NCBI RefSeq assembly: GCF_963506605.1
Contig: NC_083283.1
Coordinates: 83,824,001-83,888,000 of the forward strand
DNA: 64,000 nt
Source: Zootoca vivipara
Lineage: Eukaryota
Direction: 5' to 3'
The notes under the pieces were generated by a model. That model ran no database searches. It was not told the origin of the DNA and was given only the letters and a program-made list of their open reading frames with translations. This document shows positions 13,970 to 24,651 of the stretch, piece by piece. The position numbers and the translations under genes are program-made. Every line of letters begins with the position of its first letter. Within the stretch, counting starts at the first letter, position 1.

Positions 13970-14400
13970 GGCTCAATTCAAAATGCTGGTTTTGATCTAT
14001 AAAGTCTTATGTGGCTCAGCACCCCAATACCTCAAGGACCAGTAGAATTTGCTGCCAAGGAGTGTGGTGGAGTCTCCTTCTTTGGAGGTCTTTAAGCAGA
14101 GGCTTGACAGGCATATGTCAAGAATGCTTTGATGGTGTTTCCTGCTTGGCAGGGGGTTGGACTGGATGGCCCTTGTGGTCTCTTCCAACTCTATGATTCT
14201 ATGACCATCAATCCCCACATGAACTGATCCAAACCCTGCGATCATCCTCTGAGGTCTGAAGTGTAGCAACACAAGAACAGGCCTTTTCTGTGGTGGCTCC
14301 CCATTTGTGGAATGTTCTCCCTAGGGAGACTTGCCTAGTGCTCTCTTTATTTTTAGGTGCCAGGCAAAAACTTTCCTTTTTATCTGGACTTCGGGCCCTT
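13970..14400 (+). mobile_element. L2 fragment containing a young CR1 3' end (~14057-14203)
   Basis: L2 motifs (gctggttttgatctataaa; ggccttttctgtggtggctcccc) flank a CR1 end with a ctctatgattctatga tail. Confidence 0.75.
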
Positions 14401-14584
14401 GTAGGGTTTCCAGTACGTGTGGCCCCTCTTAATGTAAGGCCTGTCTTTTATTGGTATAGATGTGTTGGTTAGTTGTTTTTTTTATTGGCTGTGTTTGTTG
14501 TAATTGGTTTTCGTGTTTATATTTGTTTTTGCTTATAGTCACTTTTGTGAGGAAAGTGACTAATGATGGTGGTGGTGGCATAAA

Positions 14585-14790
14585 GCCAGTGTGGTGCAGT
14601 GGTTAGAGTGTCAGATAAAGAACCTGGGAGGCCAAGGTTCAAATCCCCAGTCAGCCATGAACCTCACTGGCTGGCCTTGGACCAGTCACCAACTTTCAGC
14701 TCAACCAACTTCCCAGTGTTGTTGTGAGGATAATATGGAAAGGGGCAGAACAAGGTGTGTCACCGTGAACTCCTTGGTAGGATATTTTAA
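14585..14790 (+). mobile_element. tRNA-derived SINE
   Basis: A box (gtggtgcagtggttag) and B box (ggttcaaatccc) followed by a core-like body. Confidence 0.65.
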
Positions 14791-16067
14791 AAGGTAAAAA
14801 AACAAATGACAATATTGGCCATTTTATTTGCAATTGCTTGCAATTCACATTTTTCGCAGCTGCTGTGCACTGGACTGGCCTCTTCATCACACTGTCCACT
14901 ATCACCCCAAGGTCTCATTCTTAGTCTGTAACTGCCAGGTTAGATCCCATGAGTGTAAGCCTCAATGTGCATTGATTTCCACTTGCTTACATTGAACTAC
15001 ATTTGGCTCTTTACTCTCATTCACCTGCTTAGAAGAAATACTTTCAGAGCAAACTGAAATCCCTCCTCGTTTTAACCCTCCGATGAACAATTTGGTATCA
15101 TTAGCAAGCTGACGACCTCACTGTTCACACCTAATTCTAGATAACTTATGAACAAATTAAAAACGCAGGTCCTGATTCCAGTCCATGGTATTGTCCTGGA
15201 CCAGCTCCATGAATTGGATACTGGAGATACAGAGTCATTGTGGTTCCTGACCTACCTATAGGGCTGAGTGCAGAGGGAAATGTTACATATCACATTACAA
15301 CACATATTACACCGGTGCTGAAAAGCCTGCACTGAATGTTAATTTGTCTGTAACTGCAGATAATGTCATGCATCTTGATAACGGCAGTCTGTTCATCTGG
15401 TCCCCCAAACCAGGGTTGGGTAGGTTTCATTAATACTATAGATGTAGTGGTAATGTCTCTGGTCAGATGGAATATGCACCATGCCTTTAAAGCTACAAGT
15501 ACCAGCACCCTTAACAAACTACAGTTGCCAGGATTCTTTGAGGGGGAAATTGCTTTGAATATAAAGCTAGGGTATGTACACAGACAAAATCTCAGGTCTG
15601 TAGTGGGGCTCGTCCACACTAGAGCATAATTTGGATTTGAAGTTACTTGTGTTCTCATTAATTTAACTGCATCCACATGTTGTCCAAGCAAAGAACTGTG
15701 ATCTCACACATTTTACCCTCTGAATCCAGATTTCTCCAATCCAGATATAATTGAGTAAGCTCCCCCAAACCGCTGCACTTTGGGTAATGGATGCTTTGCA
15801 TCAGGGGGTCTTCCTGTGAGTGGATCAATCCTTCATTTTAATTATTCCCCTTTCCCTTCCCCTGTCTCCAATTTTCTTTCTTTTTTTCTGGCAGCCTCCC
15901 CCCAGCAGCAAGCACGGCCTGGAATTAATTTATTATCACCCCAAATAGTAGGCGGGGGGCAGGGAGCAATAAAAATAAAAGTTGTCCTTCCAGTTATGGG
16001 ACGCAGGAAAAAGAATGAGAAAAGAAGTGCAACCTTGCCTGACTTGGAGCAACACATTTTTTAACAA

Positions 16068-16238
16068 CAGTCATACCTCGGTTTAAGTCCGCTGCGGTTT
16101 GAGTACTCTCGGTTTGAGTACTCCATGGACCCAGAAGTGTTTACTTCCGGGTTCTGCGGTGCGCACATGCACAGAAGCGATCTATCGGTGGTTCACGCAC
16201 ATGCGCTATCGCCGCTCCGTTTAAGTACTTTTCACTGT
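16068..16238. mobile_element. Tc1/mariner-type MITE remnant
   Basis: cagtcatacctcgg start and ...cactgta end; internal palindrome shared with the MITE at 42607-42853. Confidence 0.6.
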
Positions 16239-16584
16239 ACTCTTTTGTGCAAATATTTTTACAACATTGTATTTCACAATTTTTTTAAAAAATTAAAAGG
16301 CGCTATTCACAGGAAAACAATACCTGCCTACATGCCCAGAAATGACCTCACATTTTCTGGCTTGGAGGGACACACACAAATATTCTTAAAAAATTCTCTT
16401 GACTGGAAATCTGGAATATATGAAAACTTGAATTTCAAAATAATAATAATAATAAAGTTCCCTAACAAACAAATGGCGCACATGTCAACACTCAACTTCA
16501 GGTATCCAGAACTTAGCAAGGGTGGGAAAGTACTAGCAGCATCCTCCCCACAACTACAAATGAAAAATAAAATAAAATAAAGAC

Positions 16585-17055
16585 CAGGAACCCACAGCAG
16601 GTATTCAGAAGCCTCTGGTAGTGGAGGCACAGGATAGCCATCATGACTAGCAGTTATCAACAGCCCTCTCCTCCTTGAATTTGCCTCATCTTCTTTTAAA
16701 GCCGCCTAGGTTGATGGCCACCCCTGCCTCCTGGGGGAGTAGATTCCCCAGCTTGACTATGAGCTGTGTGAAAAAGTACTTTCTGTTATCTCTCCAAAAT
16801 CTTCCAACCTCAGCCTCAGTGTCCACCACTTCCAGTGATATGAGAGGGAGAAAACCTTTTCTTTCTCCATGCCATGCATATTTTATCCACTATTTTATAT
16901 TTTATTATGTCTCCACTTACTCACCTTTACTCTGAACTAAAGAGTCCTAAATGGTACAACATTTCCTTATAAGGGAGTAGCTCCATCCCCTTGATCATTT
17001 TGTTCACAATTTTCCTACTCTCCCCAACTCTGCAATATTCTTTTTGGATTGAGGA
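16585..17055 (-). mobile_element. CR1 LINE fragment
   Basis: tgtgtgaaaaagtactttc and tccatccccttgatcatttt motifs, as in the CR1 at 62178-62520. Confidence 0.7.
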
Positions 17056-17180
17056 ACTAAGTAAAGAATTCTCATGCTACCTTCTGAGCCAAATGCAGAG
17101 GAAGGAACAGATCTCTTTGTCTTGCTCCTGAGACAGAGGATATTCATCAAAAAACAAGCAACTGAAAAAGGCAAAATTAC

Positions 17181-17444
17181 AGCTGAGGCTCCAATACTTT
17201 GGCCACCTCATGAGAAGAGAAGACTCCCTGGAAAAGACCCTGATGTTGGGAAAGATTGAGGGTACAAGGAGAAGGGGACAACAGAGGACAAGATGGTTGG
17301 ACTGTGTCCTTGACCATGACATGACCTTGGAAATGAGTTTGACCAAACTGAGGGATGCAGTGGAAGACAGGAGTGCCTGGCGTGCTCTAGTCCATGGGGT
17401 CACAAAGAGTCGGACACGACTAAACGACTAAACAATAACAACAA
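17181..17444 (+). mobile_element. BovB (RTE) LINE 3' end
   Basis: Encodes YFGHLMRREDSLEKTLMLGKIEG..RRGQQRTRWLD; end sequence gtccatggggtcacaaagagtcggacacgact plus a (CAA)n-like tail. Confidence 0.92.
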
Positions 17445-17665
17445 TCTTGCAAATAACCAAGTACAAATCAAGGATCATTTGAAAGGTGTTGCTTTCTGAC
17501 CAAATACAAGTACAAAATCCCTTACCAATATTTGGAATATCAGTGGCATACTTCTTAAGGGGGTTCATATGGACCTTCGAAACATTAAAATGGAAATAAA
17601 ATGTATTTCTGTTATTGCACAAATGTTGTGAACAAACTATATGAATTAAAAGAGGGATTACTAAC

Positions 17666-20029
17666 CATTGCACAGAGCAGATCCTGCTGCTTTCCATTTT
17701 CTGCATAAGCAGGTATGTTGGGGGTGAAAACCATGAGGTCGCTTTTGCCATTGGAGTCTCCCGTGACGCCCCCTAAGATGTGACTGTGACGGTTTGAATA
17801 GGACCAGCTTCCCACCTCACTGGCACACACCAGCGTGGCTGTTCCAGGACCATACACCACAGCCTCCTTAGGCTGGCAATGGCACCGCAGGGCCATATAT
17901 GCAATGATGGCCAGCAGGAACAAGCTGGACACTGCACAGATGGCTATGATGAGGTAGGTGTTGATGTTCTCCGCCAGGGGACTGGGGCTCCCTCCCCTTC
18001 TGGGAAGCCGGGCATCAGCTGGGAGGGCCTGGACACTGGCCACCAACGAAATACTCAGCATGGCGGTGGCTGACAAAGCAGGCTTCCCATGGTCCTTCAC
18101 CACAACCAGCAAACTATGACTGCTGCTGCCCTCTGCCTCCTCCAGGGCACGTGCTGTACTGATCTCACCACTGTACAGTCCCACCCGCCAAAGCCTACTG
18201 GACCCCTCATGCATCTCATAGCGCAGCCATGCGTTGTAGCCAGAGTCAGCATCCAGGGCACGAATCTTGCCCACCACATGCCCAGCTGTCAGGGGGACCA
18301 CCAGCAGGCTGGGAGCCTCCTCTACTGGTACAGTCACAGCTGGCGCATTGTCGTTCTCATCCACCACAAAGACTTGCACCGTCACATTGCCACACAGGGA
18401 GGGCAGCCCAGCATCCTTGGCCCTCACTTGGAACTCCAGCAGCTTCACCTCCTCGTAGTCCAAGGGCTGAAGAGCATAGAGCTTCCCACTTTCTGAGTGC
18501 ACCGAGATGTAGCTCGACAGGGGCCAGAGCTTCTCATCCAGCCAGTAGCTGATCAGGCTGTTCTCAGCCACATCTGGGTCCGAGGCAGACACTGTGAAGA
18601 TGTGGGCACCGGGTGGGTTGTTCTCCTTCACAAAGACCGTGTAGGAAGTCTGAGCAAAAGTAGGAGCGTTGTCGTTCACATCGCCAATGGGTACCACCAG
18701 GGTGCTGCTGGTTGACAGCGATGGAGTCCCTTGATCCTGGGCAGTCACTACCAGCTTGTATTCTGCTTCCCGCTCCCGGTCCAAGGGCTCAGCCACCACC
18801 AGAGAGTAGTAATTCTTGAAAGTGGACAATAGCTTGAAGGGTAGGTGGGAGGGTGTCACAGAGCAGCTCACTTGCCCGTTAGCCCCAGAGTCCCTGTCTG
18901 AGATGCTGATCAGAGCCACCACTGTCCCTGGTGGGGAGTCCTCTGCAACTGGCACAGATAGAGACTTCAGTGACATCTCAGGGCTATTGTCATTCACATC
19001 CAAAACCTTAATGAGAACCTTGCAATGTCCAGACAAAGGATAACCACCTTTATCTGTTGCTTCAATTTGAATATCATATGTTGTACTCTCTTCAAAATCC
19101 ACAGCTCCTTTCACTCTAAGTTCTCCATTATTAGGATCTATGCTAAACATTTCCTTTATACTGGGAGCAACAAGGTTGCTAAGTGAATAGGAAATCTCTT
19201 TATTAATCCCCTCGTCCAAATCGCTTGCCTCCAATTTAATAACTAATGTTCCCCTTGCAGAGTTTTCCAATAATTCAGTTTTGTAAACTGATTGGTTAAA
19301 GGCAGGTGCATTGTCATTGACATCGACCACAGTGATTGTCAGCAGGACTGTGCCTGTGAGTGATGGCTGCCCACTATCTGATGCTGAAAGCAGCAGCTGA
19401 TGCTCTGCGGATGCTTCACGATCCAGTGGTCTTTTTAATGTCAGAACCAAAGACTTGCTGTGCTCATAATTCTTTATCTCTTCCACAGAAAAATATTCAT
19501 TGGGGCTGAGCTTGTAGTTTACCTGGCCGTTGCTACCAATGTCTGCATCAGAAGCTTCTTCTATTGGGAAATGGGAACCTTGCACCCTCGATTCTAAGAC
19601 AGCTAAATTCTGCTCTCTGACTGAGAAAACGGGGGCATTGTCGTTTATGTCTGCAATCTCCACTTCCACATGGAAGACTGTCAGGGGTTTATCCACAATC
19701 ACCTCCAGGTGGATGGAGCACAAAGGGCTCTTGGCACACAGCTCCTCCCTGTCTATCCGAGAATTAACAAACAAAATCCCATTCTGCTCATTTACCTTGA
19801 AATAGTCCCCATCTCCTTGGGACTCCATCCGGAACATCCTAGGCATGAGCTCCTCCACCTCCAGCCCCAGATCCTGGGCAATGCGGCCCACAAAGGTGCC
19901 ATGCTGGGATTCTTCAGGCACGGAATAATGGAGCTGGCCGCTCCCCATCAACCAGACTGTGTGAAGCAAAATCAGCTGCAGCAGCTTCCTTCTTCCCATT
20001 GAAGAACAGTCTCCCCATGGAGCAACCAT
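17666..20029 (-). CDS. PCDHA: Protocadherin-alpha variable exon (788 codons)
   Basis: Full EC1-EC6/TM/VCD; phase-0 donor ATG|GTTAGT at 17666/17665. Confidence 0.97.
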
Positions 20030-20227
20030 CTCAAAAAAATTTCATTTATTTTATATATTATTTCATGTCACAGCTTTATAAAATATTTTTAAAAAAATAA
20101 ATTAATCCAGCTCCACAATCTCCATTTTGCTCATCCATCCATTTGCAAGCACGGAAAGATATCTGATGACAAAGAAGAGGAAGAGCCTTGTGTAGACCTT
20201 TTATTCTTAGCAAGATATTTAAGCAGA

Positions 20228-20245
20228 TAGCGACATCGTGCGACT
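20228..20245 (-). promoter_or_regulatory. CSE / promoter CTCF site
   Basis: Minus strand AGTCGCACGATGTCGCTA, ~200 bp upstream of the ATG, preceded by CTGTAC resembling the CTCF upstream motif. Confidence 0.85.
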
Positions 20246-21639
20246 AGATGGGGAAGTACAGTTTCATTATATGAGAAGGCCTTCTTGGAGTCTTGTTTCA
20301 TGTCGTCACTTTTCAGTCAATGGAAATAGAGTAATATGAATAATAAGGCATAAAATTTTACTTGAAAGATATGTTTATTATATTCTGCATGTATGCTGGT
20401 AACTGTTGTCATTTCAGTTCTATCATTTTGATAGCCTCCAACTTTTAAAATCATAGTTACAAACCACAAGATTCATTTATTGCGTGGTTTACAACTTAAT
20501 TTTGAAATCTTGAAATTAGTTCCAGTTTCAGCATTTTAATGCAAGGGAAAGTGTTGATGGGAATATGATGCATCGTACTGTACACTGGTATTTTAAGATT
20601 AAGGGCTTTCCCTGTAGGGGTTGCTTTTCCGCTTTACTTAGTGAAAATCTCAGCCGAACTGCTAATAAATCAACTGCAAATAAGGAACTAGGAACAGAAT
20701 TATACACTAATGACCACAAAAAGTGAGAGGAAAGCTGGGCAATTTGAGACAGAAGCTCGTAGGAGGTTGCAGATTATTTCTCCCCACTTCATTAAAGTAT
20801 TCCTTTTTCTATACAGTACATGCCCATACGTCTCTGAGCATGGGACTGTCTCACCATTCAAGTAAACTGTGCTCGACTTGAATGTGGGTAGTGTTCAGAC
20901 ATGAATGGCTCAGACAGGTTCCCTTTTCAAAATCTTGTATGGCTTTCATCTTATAATTTCAATTTCATTGCCTTGGGTGGGTTTAAGGATTCTTAGGACC
21001 AATTGCTTCACAGGAATCATATACCGTATTTTGCCAAGTTAAAAAAGCTATCTTTCTATGTAACTGTGATTCTCCAAAAGTGAGAAAAAATGTATTTTAA
21101 GACTTTCACAAAATACAGAATTGTTACAAAATACATGTGTGCATTCATCTATGTTCTAGGGGACGCTATGGACAAGTGAATGCTGCCAACCCCAAATTAA
21201 TTTCATTAGTGCACATATATAAACCTACTATAACACTACAAGGGGAAGAATTTGGGTGGCTTTTCTAATGAATATATAAAATCCAGCCTCCCCACCCCCA
21301 CCCCCGTTAGTCTGTGTTGCCCCCTTTAAGTTGTCAGGTCCCAATGCTGCAGTCAAAATAGACTCTAGAACTAGCAGGACCCCCCCTGTCAGTGTACAAT
21401 TCTGTTTCATAATATAGGTGCAGGGGTATATCTAGGGGTTGGCCATGTTGGGCTCCCAGGGAGGCAGACAAACAGATAGACCCACAGAGGAGGAGGAAGA
21501 GGAGACCCAACCCCAATGGTCATGGAGGAAGTCACTGGCAGAGCATGAAAGGCAATGGGAAGCAAACTTTTTTGAGTTTCTGGTCTATGGTCTTTGGAGG
21601 TGCCAATACTTTGGAGGTGCCTTTCATATGTATTGCTCT

Positions 21640-22120
21640 CAAATAGCACCTATCCTATATTATTCCAACCTAAATGCAGAACTTTACAGTTATTTCTCTT
21701 GAAACTAATTTTGTTTGCTTCAGCCCAATTCTCTGATCCAGTCTCCGTCTTCTAAAATACTAACTACTTCACCCAGTTTGGTATCGCCTCGATTTCCTTG
21801 AGTTCTTTCTCCAAGACATTTATAAATATATTTAGCAACACTGAGCCTAAGTTATCCCTGTGACACCCAACTTGTCTCCAGGTTAACAAGGAGTTATTGA
21901 TGAGCACTCTTGGGATACAGTTTTTCTCACTCAGTAACATCATCAAACCACATTTACCAGTTTCCTAACAAGAATATCATGGGGGACATTGTTAAATAAT
22001 TTCCATAGGCAGTTCCTGGAATCAATTCCACAGCTCCAAAAGACACAAGGCTTCTTGATTATCTTGATCCTGTGTGACATTCTTCCATGTGCACACCTCC
22101 TGCATCTGGTTTTCTTCCTC
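21640..22120 (-). mobile_element. Decayed CR1 RT fragment
   Basis: Minus-strand remnants VPHDILVRKL and LGSVLLNIFINVL resemble CR1 RT motifs. Confidence 0.6.
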
Positions 22121-23445
22121 TTCCTTAGAAATTGATCCTTCCTTTTGTCCTTTTGAAAGTATTTCCTGTGTTCCAGCTGGAAATTATTCATTTTCCATGA
22201 TGAGCCAAAGAATGGATGGGCATGTCTCAAGCCCTTGCACTTTCTCTTCCAGCAGCAATACCAGCTTGCACTTGCTGCAAGTTTTATACATCCTCAGACA
22301 GGAAAACAAACAAAGCACAAACATTGCATGTCAGCACAGCACCATGCTCACTGGCCATGTTCTGTGGCTCTCTGTGGTATTCCAGGATTCCCTTTCCAAC
22401 TTTTCCTTTAAAATCTCAATTAAAATTCTTCATTTGCTGATCCTGTTTGCTTTCTCTACATCATGATTAGTTCAGACTCCAAATGTGTCAGGAATGAATG
22501 GGTCATATTCAATGTTAGTCCTACTCAGAGTAGACCCATTAAATTATTAAGACATGGCTAACTTAGGTTCATTAATTCCAATTGGTCTATAGAGTAGGAC
22601 TTAGTTGAATTCAACCTACGGACTCTTCGTTTTGAACTGACCCCCGTGCTAGTTGGAATAACCTGTTTCACTGCTCATTGGTGCAGTGAGGAAGTGTTAT
22701 TTCTATCCAAACTCTCTATCTTTTTCAGCCCCTAAAAATGTCAACCTTTTATGTAGCCCGTTTACAGGTTTTGATGATTGAAAGGCACATAAATTCTGTT
22801 AAATAAAATATATAAAAAATTTGATGCACCAAATCAAACTCATTGTTTTTTGTTTGGGTGATAAGCAATTAATGATGGATGTCAAGTTCTCTATAGTTGT
22901 ACCTGATTTCATCATGAATGGCTGGAACTACAGGCCACAGAAGGCCAATTATTGCAGGGAAAGAGCATGACACTTTGCTATTCAGAACACCTTTGCACAC
23001 CACTCTTTGTATGGGGAAGAGGCAGGATCGTGCTGAATGTTTTTGCTAAATACAAAGCCAAGTTACTTTTTTTTTCATTGTATTTTAGTGTTCTAAGATG
23101 GAAGGGGTTGTTCTGCATGCCATTTTTCAGTCCCCTCCAACCCTGTGGTTTCATCACTGTAAGATAGGATTCTGTTTGGGTCAACAGAGGTCAAACCAGT
23201 CTCTTTGTTAAGTTGATGGCTCTAGCCAAGTCTGTTTTGTATCTCTTTGCAAGCATTTGGTTGCCACAGACACTACTAGCTAGAGGTGCTTCCAGAAGTG
23301 GGCTAAAGTGAGGCAGGCTTTCCCCCTCCTTCCCTGGCTGGAGCTGATGTCTTCTATGAGTGTAAAAAAACCAACATGCCTTGGCCAGTATCATCTGCAG
23401 GGAAGATGCAAAGTCCTGACTTGCTCTCTGTGCTCAATCCAAAAC

Positions 23446-23657
23446 CGTGAGGGAGCGAGGCAGATAATGGCGGGCGCCTCTCTGTGGAAAGGCCTGGTCG
23501 GCGTCGGACTCTTCGCCCTGGCGCACGCGGCCTTCTCCGCCGCACAGCGTGTGTGGCTCCGGCTTCCGCCTGCGGGCCCTGGGGGGGGCTCCTTCTGGGA
23601 AGGGCCGGGCAGGGGGTCCCAAGGGCCGCCGGCACTTCCCCACCTCACCTACCTAGA
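23446..23657 (+). pseudogene. MMGT1: Displaced fragment of MMGT1/EMC5: short 5' UTR, coding exon 1 and apparent start of intron 1
   Basis: The ATG at 23467 gives [27 protein letters not shown] (human MMGT1 begins [27 protein letters not shown]). Homology stops at CAG C|GTGTGT, followed by GC-rich non-coding sequence. Confidence 0.88.
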
Positions 23658-23750
23658 TTTGATGGTGTTTCCTGCTTGGCAGGGGGTTGGACTGGATGGC
23701 CCTTGTGGTCTCTTCCAGCTCTGGGATTCTATGATTCTATTATTCTATGA
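23658..23750 (+). mobile_element. CR1 extreme 3' end with ATTCTATG-type tail
   Basis: Near-identical to 14128-14203 and to the reverse complement of ~49527-49603. Confidence 0.9.
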
Positions 23751-23831
23751 CTAAGGGATGAGAAGGATCTGTTACAATGTTAATGCTGTGAGGTCTTCCA
23801 TGTTACGCTCAGCCAACATATAGGTGCAAAC

Positions 23832-24036
23832 CAGGCATGTCCAAAGTCCATTTTGGGGGCCTAATCCGGCCCGCTGGACGGTTTAATCCGGCCCCTGTGG
23901 CAGCTTATCTCTTGGGGTAAAATCCTTTTTAAAAAACTCAGCAACTTCAACCCTAAAAAAAAGCTCAACAAGTTCAATCCTTAAAAAAGGTCAACAACAA
24001 ATCTGGCCCTCTTTGAAAAAAGGTTGGACACCACTG
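23832..24036. mobile_element. hAT-type MITE
   Basis: caggcatgtccaa...ttggacaccactg termini with internal ccggccc subterminal motifs. Confidence 0.65.
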
Positions 24037-24651
24037 CACAGAACATTATATCACACAGCTGCCACCATCTCCACTTACCTTCATTCTGAGGAAACCAAGT
24101 ACAAGGTATGTGCTGGCACCCCTGAAATTTCTCGCCACTCAAACAGTGGATGTAACAATATTTATTCTAGGGTATCTAAAGTTCTTTGTTTTTTCGATGT
24201 AATCATTTATTAATGTTGATATTTCTGCATAGATAATGTCCATTGCTGCAACCAATTTAGTTGGTTTCAGAAGCCTTGCATCACCTTTTCTTCCTGCACA
24301 GGTAATAGTGGAACAAATTCCCACACCATGGAAATTTCTATGTTCCCCTTCCAGTTAATTTTCACCCACACCCTCCAGCACAATTACATCCGGTTGACCA
24401 CTGTTAATTGTTTTGTAGTTAGGAAGAATTATTTTACGTGATCAAGTGCATTACCTTCATATATTTCAAAATCTTTAGGCTTTAAAGGCATCAGAATATG
24501 GTACACGTCATAGACAAGTATAATGAATAAAAACAATGTTTAAAAAATTTCCACAAGCTGATCTGATATTTACATTATATGCATATTGTGGACATATTAA
24601 CGGAAAAACTGACCCTCCACAAAGGCAATTCTAAGAACATCAGAGACTCAC

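Noticed and set aside
23308-23754. 148-aa ORF as a functional MMGT1 gene
   Set aside because: Only exon 1 is present; the rest is flank, intron-like sequence and CR1, and no downstream MMGT1 exons were seen.
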